Shown here one piece after another: positions 13,660-27,239 of a DNA stretch of 64,000 nt. A program made the position numbers and the translations under genes. Below the pieces are notes generated by a model. The model saw nothing but the letters and a program-made list of their open reading frames with translations, did not search any database and had not been told where the DNA came from. Within the stretch, counting starts at the first letter, position 1; every line of letters begins with the position of its first letter. Source of the stretch: Paragordius varius (lineage: Eukaryota > Animalia > Nematomorpha); NCBI GenBank assembly GCA_964247055.1, contig OZ176050.1, forward strand, positions 1,550,001 through 1,614,000, in the 5' to 3' direction.

Positions 13660-16600
13660 ATTTTTACAACGATACTTTAAAAATTATGGTATTAAACCAG
13701 GCGCATCAATACTCAAGTTAAACTTTGTCCTTAAAAATCGGATATTGGTCACCCGTGAACAAAACTATTTTTTATACATTCTCTTAGTAAGACTACATCA
13801 AAATATAGAGATAGTTTGACAAACTCTTTCATATCCGATTTTTACAACGATATTTAAAAATTAATGTATAAAACTAGTCGTATCAATAAATCGCATCAAT
13901 ACTCAAGTTAAACTTTGTCCTTAAAAATAGGATAATGGTCACCGGTGAACAATTTTTTATACATTCTCTTAGTAGGACTACATCAAAATATAGAGATAGT
14001 TTGGCAAACTCTTTCATATTCGATTTTTACAACGATACTTTAAAAATTATGGTATTAAACCAGTCGCATCAATACACAAGTTAAACTTTGTCCTTAAAAA
14101 TCGGATATTGGTCACCGGTGAACAAAATTATTTTCTATACATTCTCTTAGCAAGACTACATCAAAATATAGAGATAGTTTGGCAAACTCTTTCATATCCG
14201 ATTTTTACAACGATACTTTAAAAATTATGGTATTAAACCAGGCGCATCAATACTCAAGTTAAACTTTGTCCTTAAAAATCGGATATTGGTCACCCGTGAA
14301 CAAAACTATTTTTTATACATTCTCTTAGTAAGACTACATCAAAATATAGAGATAGTTTGACAAACTCTTTCATATCCGATTTTTACAACGATATTTAAAA
14401 ATTAATGTATAAAACTAGTCGTATCAATAAATCGCATCAATACTCAAGTTAAACTTTGTCCTTAAAAATAGGATAATGGTCACCGGTGAACAATTTTTTA
14501 TACATTCTCTTAGTAGGACTACATCAAAATATAGAGATAGTTTGGCAAACTCTTTCATATTCGATTTTTACAACGATACTTTAAAAATTATGGTATTAAA
14601 CCAGTCGCATCAATACACAAGTTAAACTTTGTCCTTAAAAATCGGATATTGGTCACCGGTGAACAAAATTATTTTATATACATTCTCTTAGCAAGACTAC
14701 ATCAAAATATAGAGATAGTTTGACAAACTCTTTCATATCCGATTTTTACAACGATACTTTAAAAATTAATGTATAAAACTAGTCGTATCAATAAATCGCA
14801 TCAATACTCAAGTTAAACTTTGTCCTTAAAAATCGGATATTGGTCACCGGTGAACAAAATTATTTTTTATACATTCTCTTAGTAGGACTACATCAAAATA
14901 TAGAGATAGTTTGGCAAACTCTTTCATATTCGATTTTTACAACGATACTTTAAAAATTATGGTATTAAACCAGTCGCATCAATACACAAGTTAAACTTTG
15001 TCCTTAAAAATCGGATATTGGTCACCGGTGAACAAAATTATTTTATATACATTCTCTTAGTAAGACTACATCAAAATATAGAGATAGTTTGACAAACTCT
15101 TTCATATCCGATTTTTACAACGATACTTCAAAAACTAATGTATAAAACTAGTCGCATCAATACTCAAGTTTATCTTTGTCCTTAAAAATCGGATATTGGT
15201 CACCGGTGAACAAAATTATTTTTTATACATTCTCTTAGTAGGACTACATCAAAATATAGAGATAGTTTGGCAAACTCTTTCATAATCGATTTTTACAACG
15301 ATACTTTGAAAATTAATGTATAAAACTAGTGGCATCAATACTCAAGTTAAACTTTGTCCTTAAAAATCGGATATTGGTCACCGGTGAACAAAACTATTTT
15401 TTATACATTCTCTTAGTAAGACTACATCAAAATATAGAGATAGTTTGGCAAACTCTTTCATATTCGATTTTTACAACGATACTTTAAAAATTATGGTATT
15501 AAACCAGTCGCATCAATACACAAGTTAAACTTTGTCCTTAAAAATCGGATATTGGTCACCGGTGAACAAAATTATTTTATATACATTCTCTTAGTAAGAC
15601 TACATCAAAATATAGAGATAGTTTGACAAACTCTTTCATATCCGATTTTTACAACGATACTTTAAAAATTATGGTATTAAACCAGGCGCATCAATACTCA
15701 AGTTAAACTTTGTCCTTAAAAATCGGATATTGGTCACCCGTGAACAAAACTATTTTTTATACATTCTCTTAGTAAGACTACATCAAAATATAGAGATAGT
15801 TTGACAAACTCTTTCATATCCGATTTTTACAACGATATTTAAAAATTAATGTATAAAACTAGTCGTATCAATAAATCGCATCAATACTCAAGTTAAACTT
15901 TGTCCTTAAAAATAGGATAATGGTCACCGGTGAACAATTTTTTATACATTCTCTTAGTAGGACTACATCAAAATATAGAGATAGTTTGGCAAACTCTTTC
16001 ATATTCGATTTTTACAACGATACTTTAAAAATTATGGTATTAAACCAGTCGCATCAATACACAAGTTAAACTTTGTCCTTAAAAATCGGATATTGGTCAC
16101 CGGTGAACAAAATTATTTTATATACATTCTCTTAGTAAGACTACATCAAAATATAGAGATAGTTTGACAAACTCTTTCATATCCGATTTTTACAACGATA
16201 CTTCAAAAACTAATGTATAAAACTAGTCGCATCAATACTCAAGTTTATCTTTGTCCTTAAAAATCGGATATTGGTCACCGGTGAACAAAATTATTTTTTA
16301 TACATTCTCTTAGTATGACTACATCAAAATATAGAGATAGTTTGGCAAACTCTTTCATAATCGATTTTTACAACGATACTTTAAAAATTAATGTATAAAA
16401 CTAGTCGCATCAATACTCAAGTTAAACTTTGTCCTTAAAAATCGGATATTGGTCACCGGTGAACAAAACTATTTTTTATACATTCTCTTAGTAAGACTAC
16501 ATCAAAATATAGAGATAGTTTGACAAACTCTTTCACATCCGATTTTTACAACGATACTTTAAAAATTAATGTATAAAACTAGTCGTATCAATAAATCGCA

Positions 16601-17990
16601 TCAATACTCAAGTTAAACTTTGTCCTTAAAAATCGGATATTGGTCACCGGTGAACAAAATTATTTTTTATACATTCTCTTAGTAGGACTACATCAAAATA
16701 TAGAGATAGTTTGGCAAACTCTTTCATATCCGATTTTTACAACGATACTTTAAAAATTAATGTATAAAACTAGTCGCATCAATACTCAAGTTAAACTTTG
16801 TCCTTAAAAATCGGATATTGGTCACCGGTGAACAAAATTATTTTTTATACATTCTCTTAGTCAGACTACATCAAAATATAGAAATAGTTTGACAAACTTT
16901 TTCACATCCGATTTTTACAACGATATTTAAAAATTAATGTATTAAACTAGTCGCATCAATACTCAAGTTAAACTTTGTCCTTAAAAATCGGATATTGGTC
17001 ACCGGTGAACAAAATTATTTTTTATACATTCTCTTAGCAAGACTACATCAAAATATAGAAATAGTTTGGCAAACTCTTTCATATCCGATTTTTACAACGA
17101 TACTTTAAAAATTATGGTATTAAACCAGGCGCATCAATACACAAGTTAAACTTTGTCCTTAAAAATCGGATATTGGTCACCGGTGAACAAAATTATTTTA
17201 TATACATTCTCTTAGTAAGACTACATCAAAATATAGAGATAGTTTGACAAACTCTTTCATATCTGATTTTTACAACGATACTTCAAAAACTAATGTATAA
17301 ACACATCAATACTCAAGTTTATCTTTGTCCTTAAAAATCGGATATTGGTCACCGGTGAACAAAATTATTTTTTATACATTCTCTTAGTAGGACTACATCA
17401 AAATATAGAGATAGTTTGGCAAACTCTTTCATAATCGATTTTTACAACGATACTTTAAAAATTAATGTATAAAACTAGTCGCATCAATACTCAAGTTAAA
17501 CTTTGTCCTTAAAAATCGGATATTGGTCACCGGTGAACAAAACTATTTTTTATACATTCTCTTAGTAAGACTACATCAAAATATAGAGATAGTTTGACAA
17601 ACTCTTTCACATCCGATTTTTACAACGATACTTTAATAATTAATGTATAAAACTAGTCGTATCAATAAATCGCATCAATACTCAAGTTAAACTTTGTCCT
17701 TAAAAATCGGATATTGGTCACCGGTGAACAAAATTATTTTTTATACATTCTCTTAGTAGGACTACATCAAAATATAGAGATAGTTTGGCAAACTCTTTCA
17801 TATCCGATTTTTACAACGATACTTTAAAAATTAATGTATAAAACTAGTCGCATCAATACTCAAGTTAAACTTTGTCCTTAAAAATCGGATATTGGTCACC
17901 GGTGAACAAAATTATTTTTTATACATTCTCTATGTCAGACTACATCAAAATATAGAAATAGTTTGACAAACTTTTTCACATCCGATTTTT
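13660..17990 (+). repeat. Mosaic of short HORs: 3-mer (541 bp), 8-mer (1444 bp), 6-mers (about 1075 bp)
   Basis: cacccgtg variant at 13751/14292/15736; gtttatc variant at 15168/16243/17317. Confidence 0.8.
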
Positions 17991-18169
17991 ACAACGATAT
18001 TTAAAAATTAATGTATTAAACTAGTCGCATCAATACTCAAGTTAAACTTTGTCCTTAAAAATCGGATATTGGTCACCGGTGAACAAAATTATTTTTTATA
18101 CATTCTCTTAGCAAGACTACATCAAAATATAGAAATAGTTTGGCAAACTCTTTCATATCCGATTTTTAC

Positions 18170-21100
18170 AACGATACTTTAAAAATTATGGTATTAAACC
18201 AGGCGCATCAATACTCAAGTTAAACTTTGTCCTTAAAAATCGGATAACCGGTGAACAAAACTATTTTTTATACATTCTCTTAGTAAGACTACATTAAAAT
18301 ATAGAGATAGTTTGACAAACTCTTTCATATCCGATTTTTACAACGATATTTAAAAATTAATGTATAAAACTAGTCGTATCAATAAATCGCATCAATACTC
18401 AAGTTAAACTTTGTCCTTAAAAATAGGATAATGGTCACCGGTGAACAAAATTATTTTTTATACATTTTCTTAGTAAGACTACATCAAAATATAGAAATAG
18501 TTTGACCTCTTTCATATCCGATTTTTACAACGATACTTTAAAAATTAATGTGTTAAACTAGTCGCATCAATACTCAAGTTAAACTTTGTTCTTAAAAATC
18601 GGATATTGGTCACCGGTGAACAAAATTATTTTTTATATATTCTCTTAGCAAGACTACATCAAAATATAGAGATAGTTTGACAAACTCTTTCATATCCGAT
18701 TTTTACAACGATACTTTAAAAATTATTGTATAAAACTAGTCGTATCAATAAATCCCATCAATACTCAAGTTAAACTTTGTCCTTAAAAATCGGATATTGG
18801 TCACCGGTGAACAAAATTATTTTTTATACATTCTCTTAGTAGGACTACATCAAAATATAGAGATAGTTTGGCAAACTCTTTCATAATCGATTTTTACAAT
18901 GATACTTTAAAAATTAATGTATAAAACTAGTCGCATCAATACTCAAGTTAAACTTTGTCCTTAAAAATCGGATATTGGTCACCGGTGAACAAAATTATTT
19001 TTTATACATTCTCTTAGTAAGACTACATCAAAATATAGAAATAGTTTGACAAATTCTTTCATATCCGATTTTTACAACGATACTTTAAAAATTAATGTAT
19101 TAAACTAGTCGCATCAATACTCAAGTTAAACTTTGTTCTTAAAAATCGGATATTGGTCACCGGTGAACAAATTATTTTTATACATTCTCTTAGCAAGACT
19201 ACATCAAAATATAGAAATAGTTTGGCAAACTCTTTCATATCCGATTTTTACAACGATACTTTAAAAATTATGATATTAAACCAGGCGCATCAATACTCAA
19301 GTTAAACTTTGTCCTTAAAAATCGGATAACCGGTGAACAAAACTATTTTTTATACATTCTCTTAGTAAGACTACATTAAAATATAGAGATAGTTTGACAA
19401 ACTCTTTCATATCCGATTTTTACAACGATATTTAAAAATTAATGTATAAAACTAGTCGTATCAATAAATCGCATCAATACTCAAGTTAAACTTTGTCCTT
19501 AAAAATAGGATAATGGTCACCGGTGAACAAAATTATTTTTTATACATTCTCTTAGTAAGACTACATCAAAATATAGAAATAGTTTGACCTCTTTCATATC
19601 CGATTTTTACAACGATACTTTAAAAATTAATGTGTTAAACTAGTCGCATCAATACTTAAGTTAAACTTTGTTCTTAAAAATCGGATATTGGTCACCGGTG
19701 AACAAAATTATTTTTTATATATTCTCTTAGCAAGACTATATCAAAATATAGAGATAGTTTGACAAACTCTTTCATATCCGATTTTTACAACGATACTTTA
19801 AAAATTATTGTATAAAACTAGTCGTATCAATAAATCGCATCAATACTCAAGTTAAACTTTGTCCTTAAAAATCGGATATTGGTCACCGGTGAACAAAATT
19901 ATTTTTTATACATTCTCTTAGTAGGACTACATCAAAATATATAGATAGTTTGGCAAACTCTTTCATAATCGATTTTTACAATGATACTTTAAAAATTAAT
20001 GTATAAAACTAGTCGCATCAATACTCAAGTTAAACTTTGTCCTTAAAAATCGGATATTGGTCACCGGTGAACAAAATTATTTTTTATACATTCTCTTAGT
20101 AAGACTACATCAAAATATAGAAATAGTTTGACAAATTCTTTCATATCCGATTTTTACAACGATACTTTAAAAATTAATGTATTAAACTAGTCGCATCAAT
20201 ACTCAAGTTAAACTTTGTTCTTAAAAATCGGATATTTGTCACCGGTGAACAAAATTATTTTTTATATATTCTCTTAGCAAGACTACATCAAAATATAGAG
20301 ATAGTTTGACAAACTCTTTCATATCCGATTTTTACAACGAAACTTTAAAAATTATTGTATAAAACTAGTCGTATCAATAAATCGCATCAATACTCAAGTT
20401 AAACTTTGTCCTTAAAAATCGGATATTGGTCACCGGTGAACAAAATTATTTTTTATACATTCTCTTAGTAGGACTACATCAAAATATAGAGATAGTTTGG
20501 CAAACTCTTTCATAATCGATTTTTACAATGATACTTTAAAAATTAATGTATAAAACTAGTCGCATCAATACTCAAGTTAAACTTTGTCCTTAAAAATCGG
20601 ATATTGGTCACCGGTGAACAAAACTATTTTTTATACATTCTCTTAGTAAGACTACATTAAAATATAGAGAATGTTTGACAAACTCTTTCATATCCGATTT
20701 TTACAACGATATTTAAAAATTAATGTATAAAACTAGTCGTATCAATAAATCGCATCAATACTCAAGTTAAACTTTGTCCTTAAAAATAGGATAATGGTCA
20801 CCGGTGAACAAAATTATTTTTTATACATTCTCTTAGTAAGACTACATCAAAATATAGAAATAGTTTGACCTCTTTCATATCCGATTTTTACAACGATACT
20901 TTAAAAATTAATGTGTTAAACTAGTCGCATCAATACTCAAGTTAAACTTTGTTCTTAAAAATCGGATATTGGTCACCGGTGAACAAAATTATTTTTTATA
21001 TATTCTCTTAGCAAGACTACATCAAAATATAGAGATAGTTTGACAAACTCTTTCATATCCGATTTTTACAACGATACTTTATATTGTATAAAACTAGTCG

Positions 21101-21450
21101 TATCAATAAATCGCATCAATACTCAAGTTAAACTTTGTCCTTAAAAATCGGATATTGGTCACCGGTGAACAAAATTATTTTTTATACATTCTCTTAGTAG
21201 GACTACATCAAAATATAGAGATAGTTTGGCAAACTCTTTCATAATCGATTTTTACAATGATACTTTAAAAATTAATGTATAAAACTAGTCGCATCAATAC
21301 TCAAGTTAAACTTTGTCCTTAAAAATCGGATATTGTCACCGGTGAACAAAATTATTTTTTATACATTCTCTTAGTAAGACTACATCAAAATATAGAAATA
21401 GTTTGACAAATTCTTTCATATCCGATTTTTACAACGATACTTTAAAAATT
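18170..21450 (+). repeat. 6-mer HOR (1082 bp) with a further rearranged 7-mer step (1281 bp)
   Basis: 6 bp deletion cggata^accgg at 18241/19323; 3 bp deletion tttgac^ctc at 18501/19583/20864. Confidence 0.85.
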
Positions 21451-24400
21451 AATGTATTAAACTAGTCGCATCAATACTCAAGTTAAACTTTGTCCTTAAA
21501 AATCGGATATTGGTCACCGGTGAACAAAATTATTTTTTATACATTCTCTTAGTAAGACTACATCAAAATATAGAGATAGTTTGACAAACTCTTTCATATC
21601 CGATTTTTACAACGATACTTTAAAAATTAATGTATAAAACTAGTCGTATCAATAAATCGCATCAATACTCAAGTTAAACTTTGTTCTTAAAAATCGGATA
21701 TTGGTCACCGCTGAACAAAATTATTTTTTATACATTCTCTTAGTAGGACTACATCAAAATATAGAGATAGTTTGGCAAACTCTTTCATATCCGATTTTTA
21801 CAACGATACTTTAAAAATTATGGTATTAAACCAGTCGTATCAATACTCAAGTTAAACTTTGTCCTTAAAAATCGGATATTGGTCACCGGTGAACAAAATT
21901 ATTTTTTATACATTCTCTTAGCAAGACTACATCAAAATATAGAGATAGTTTAACAAACTCTTTCATATCCGATTTTTACAACGATACTTTAAAAATTAAT
22001 GTATAAAACTAGTCGTATCAATAAATCGCATCAATACTCAAGTTAAATTTTGTCCTTAAAAATCGGATATTGGTCACCGGTGAACAAAATTATTTTTTAT
22101 ACATTCTCTTAGTAGGACTACATCAAAATATAGAGATAGTTTGGCAAACTCTTTCATATCCGATTTTTACAACGATACTTTAAAAATTATGGTATTAAAC
22201 CAGACGTATCAATACTCAAGTTAAACTTTGTCCTTAAAAATCGGATATTGGTCACCGGTGAACAAAATTATTTTTTATACATTCTCTTAGTAAGACTACA
22301 TCAAAATATAGAGATAGTTTGACAAATTCATTCATATCCGATTTTTACAACGATATTTAAAAATTAATGTATTAAACTAGTCGCATCAATACTCAAGTTA
22401 AACTTTGTCCTTAATAATCGGATATTATTCACCGGGGAACAAAATTATTTTTTATACATTCTCTTAGTAAGACTACATCAAAATATAGAAATAGTTTGAC
22501 AAACTTTTTCATATCCGATTTTTACAACGATACTTTAAAAATTATGGTATTAAACCAGTCGCATCAATACTCAAGTTAAACTTTGTCCTTAAAAATCGGA
22601 TATTGGTCACCGGTGAACAAAATTATTTTATATACATTCTCTTAGTAAGACTACATCAAAATATAGAGATAGTTTGACAAACTCTTTCATATTCGATTTT
22701 TACAACGATACTTTAAAAATTAATGTATTAAACTAGTCGCATCAATACGTAAGCTAAACATTGTCCTTAAAAATTGGATATTGGTCACCGGTGAACAAAA
22801 CTATTTTTTATACATTCTCTTAGTAAGACTACATCAAAATATAGAGATAGTTTGACAAACTCTTTCACATCTGATTTTTACAACGATACTTTAAAAATTA
22901 ATGTATAAAACTAGTCGTATCAATAAATCACATCAATACTCAAGTTAAACTTTGTCCTTAAAACTCGGATATTGGTCACCGGTGAACAAAATTATTTTTT
23001 ATACATTCTCTTAGTAGGACTACATCAAAATATAGAGATAGTTTGGCAAACTCTTTCATATCCAATTTTTACAACGATACTTTAAAAATTATGCTATTAA
23101 ACCAGTCGTATCAATACTCAAGTTATACTTTGTCCTTAAAAATCGGATATTGGTCACCGGTGAACAAAACTATTTTTTATACATTCTCTTAGTAGGACTA
23201 CATCAAAATATAGAGATAGTTTGGCAAACTCTTTCATATCCGATTTTTACAACGATACTTTAAAAATTATGGTATTAAACCAGACGTATCAATACTCAAG
23301 TTAAACTTTGTCCTTAAAAATCGGATATTGGTCACCGGTGAACAAAATTATTTTTTATACATTCTCTTAGTAAGACTACATCAAAATATAGAGATAGTTT
23401 GACAAATTCATTCATATCCGATTTTTACAACGATATTTAAAAATTAATGTATTAAACTAGTCGCATCAATACTCAAGTTAAACTTTGTCCTTAATAATCG
23501 GATATTATTCACCGGGGAACAAAATTATTTTTTATACATTCTCTTAGTAAGACTACATCAAAATATAGAAATAGTTTGACAAACTTTTTCATATCCGATT
23601 TTTACAACGATACTTTAAAAATTATGGTATTAAACCAGTCGCATCAATACTCAAGTTAAACTTTGTCCTTAAAAATCGGATATTGGTCACCGGTGAACAA
23701 AATTATTTTATATACATTCTCTTAGTAAGACTACATCAAAATATAGAGATAGTTTGACAAACTCTTTCATATTCGATTTTTACAACGATACTTTAAAAAT
23801 TAATGTATTAAACTAGTCGCATCAATACGTAAGCTAAACATTGTCCTTAAAAATTGGATATTGGTCACCGGTGAACAAAACTATTTTTTATACATTCTCT
23901 TAGTAAGACTACATCAAAATATAGAGATAGTTTGACAAACTCTTTCACATCTGATTTTTACAACGATACTTTAAAAATTAATGTATAAAACTAGTCGTAT
24001 CAATAAATCACATCAATACTCAAGTTAAACTTTGTCCTTAAAACTCGGATATTGGTCACCGGTGAACAAAATTATTTTTTATACATTCTCTTAGTAGGAC
24101 TACATCAAAATATAGAGATAGTTTGGCAAACTCTTTCATATCCAATTTTTACAACGATACTTTAAAAATTATGCTATTAAACCAGTCGTATCAATACTCA
24201 AGTTATACTTTGTCCTTAAAAATCGGATATTGGTCACCGGTGAACAAAACTATTTTTTATACATTCTCTTAGTAGGACTACATCAAAATATAGAGATAGT
24301 TTGGCAAACTCTTTCATATCCAATTTTTACAACGATACTTTAAAAATTAATGTATAAAACTAGTCGCATCAATACTCAAGTTAAACTTTGTCCTTAAAAA

Positions 24401-26300
24401 TCGGATATTGGTCACCGGTGAACAAATTATTTTTTATACATTCTCTTAGTAAGACTACATCAAAATATAGAAATAGTTTGACAAACTCTTTCATATCCGA
24501 TTTTTACAACGATACTTTAAAAATTAATGTATTAAACTAGTCGCATCAATACTCAAGTTAAACTTTGTCCTTAAAAATCGGATATTGGTCACCGGTGAAC
24601 AAAATTATTTTTTATACATTCTCTTAGTAAGACTACATCAAAATATAGAGATAGTTTGACAAACTCTTTCATATCCGATTTTTACAACGATACTTTAAAA
24701 ATTAATGTATAAAACTAGTCGTATCAATAAATCGCATCAATACTCAAGTTAAACTTTGTTCTTAAAAATCGGATATTGGTCACCGCTGAACAAAATTATT
24801 TTTTATACATTCTCTTAGTAGGACTACATCAAAATATAGAGATAGTTTGGCAAACTCTTTCATATCCGATTTTTACAACGATACTTTAAAAATTATGGTA
24901 TTAAACCAGTCGTATCAATACTCAAGTTAAACTTTGTCCTTAAAAATCGGATATTGGTCACCGGTGAACAAAATTATTTTTTATACATTCTCTTAGCAAG
25001 ACTACATCAAAATATAGAGATAGTTTAACAAACTCTTTCATATCCGATTTTTACAACGATACTTTAAAAATTAATGTATAAAACTAGTCGTATCAATAAA
25101 TCGCATCAATACTCAAGTTAAATTTTGTCCTTAAAAATCGGATATTGGTCACCGGTGAACAAAATTATTTTTTATACATTCTCTTAGTAGGACTACATCA
25201 AAATATAGAGATAGTTTGGCAAACTCTTTCATATCTTATTTTTACAACGATACTTTAAAAATTATGGTATTAAACCAGACGTATCAATACTCAAGTTAAA
25301 CTTTGTCCTTAAAAATCAAATATTGGTCACCGGTGAACAAAATTATTTTTTATACATTCTCTTAGTAAGACTACATCAAAATATAGAGATAGTTTGACAA
25401 ATTCATTCATATCCGATTTTTACAACGATATTTAAAAATTAATGTATTAAACTAGTCGCATCAATACTCAAGTTAAACTTTGTCCTTAAAAATCAAATAT
25501 TGGTCACCGGTGAACAAAATTATTTTTTATACATTCTCTTAGTAAGACTACATCAAAATATAGAGATAGTTTGACAAATTCATTCATATCCGATTTTTAC
25601 AACGATATTTAAAAATTAATGTATTAAACCAGTCGCATCAATACTCAAGTTAAACTTTGTCCTTAAAAATCGGATATTGGTCACCGGTGAACAAAATTAT
25701 TTTATATACATTCTCTTAGTAAGACTATATCAAAATATAGAGATAGTTTGACAAACTCTTTCATATTCGATTTTTACAACGATACTTTAAAAATTAATGT
25801 ATTAAACTAGTCGCATCAATACGTAAGCTAAACATTGTCCTTAAAAATTGGATATTGGTCACCGGTGAACAAAACTATTTTTTAGACATTCTCTTAGTAA
25901 GACTACATCAAAATATAGAGATAGTTTGACAAACTCTTTCACATCTGATTTTTACAACGATACTTTAAAAATTAATGTATAAAACTAGTCGTATCAATAA
26001 ATCACATCAATACTCAAGTTAAACTTTGTCCTTAAAACTCGGATATTGGTCACCGGTGAACAAAATTATTTTTTATACATTCTCTTAGTAGGACTACATC
26101 AAAATATAGAGATAGTTTGGCAAACTCTTTCATATCCAATTTTTACAACGATACTTTAAAAATTATGCTATTAAACCAGTCGTATCAATACTCAAGTTAT
26201 ACTTTGTCCTTAAAAATCGGATATTGGTCACCGGTGAACAAAATTATTTTTTATACATTCTCTTAGCAAGACTACATCAAAATATAGAGATAGTTTGACA
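21450..26300 (+). repeat. 6-mer tandem duplication (1080 bp) nested in a 17-mer-offset duplication (3075 bp)
   Basis: cagacgta at 22201/23281 with the full set of six monomer variants repeated; caccgctg variant at 21711/24786. Confidence 0.85.
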
Positions 26301-27239
26301 AACTCTTTCATATCCGATTTTTACAACGATACTTTAAAAATTAATGTATAAAACTAGTCGTATCAATAAATCGCATACATACTCAAGTTAAACTTTGTCC
26401 TTAAAAATCGGATATTGGTCACCGGTGAACAAAATTATTTTTTATACATTCTCTTAGTAGGACTACATCAAAATATAGAGATAGTTTGGCAAACTCTTTC
26501 ATATCCAATTTTTACAACGATACTTTAAAAATTATGGTATTAAACCAGTCGTATCAATACTCAAGTTATACTTTGTCCTTAAAAATCGGATATTGGTCAC
26601 CGGTGAACAAAATTATTTTTTATACATTCTCTTAGCAAGACTACATCAAAATATAGAGATAGTTTGACAAACTCTTTCATATCCGATTTTTACAACGATA
26701 TTTTAAAAATTAATGTATAAAACTAGTCGTATCAATAAATCGCATCAATACTCAAAAACTTTGTCCTTAAAAATCGGATATTGGTCACCGGTGAACAAAA
26801 TTATTTTTTATACATTCTCTTAGTAGGACTACATCAAAATATAGAGATAGTTTGGCAAACTCTTTCATATCCAATTTTTACAACGATACTTTAAAAATTA
26901 ATGTATAAAACTAGTCGCATCAATACTCAAGTTAAACTTTGTCCTTAAAAATCGGATATTGGTCACCGGTGAACAAATTATTTTTTATACATTCTCTTAG
27001 TAAGACTACATCAAAATATAGAAATAGTTTGACAAACTCTTTCACATCCGATTTTTACAACGTTACTTTAAAAATTAATGTATAAAACTAGTCGTATCAA
27101 TAAATCGCATCAATACTCAAGTTAAACTTTGTCCTTAAAAATCGGATATTGGTCACCGGTGAACAAAATTATTTTTTATACATTCTCTTAGTAGGACTAC
27201 ATCAAAATATAGAGATAGTTTGGCAAACTCTTTCATATC

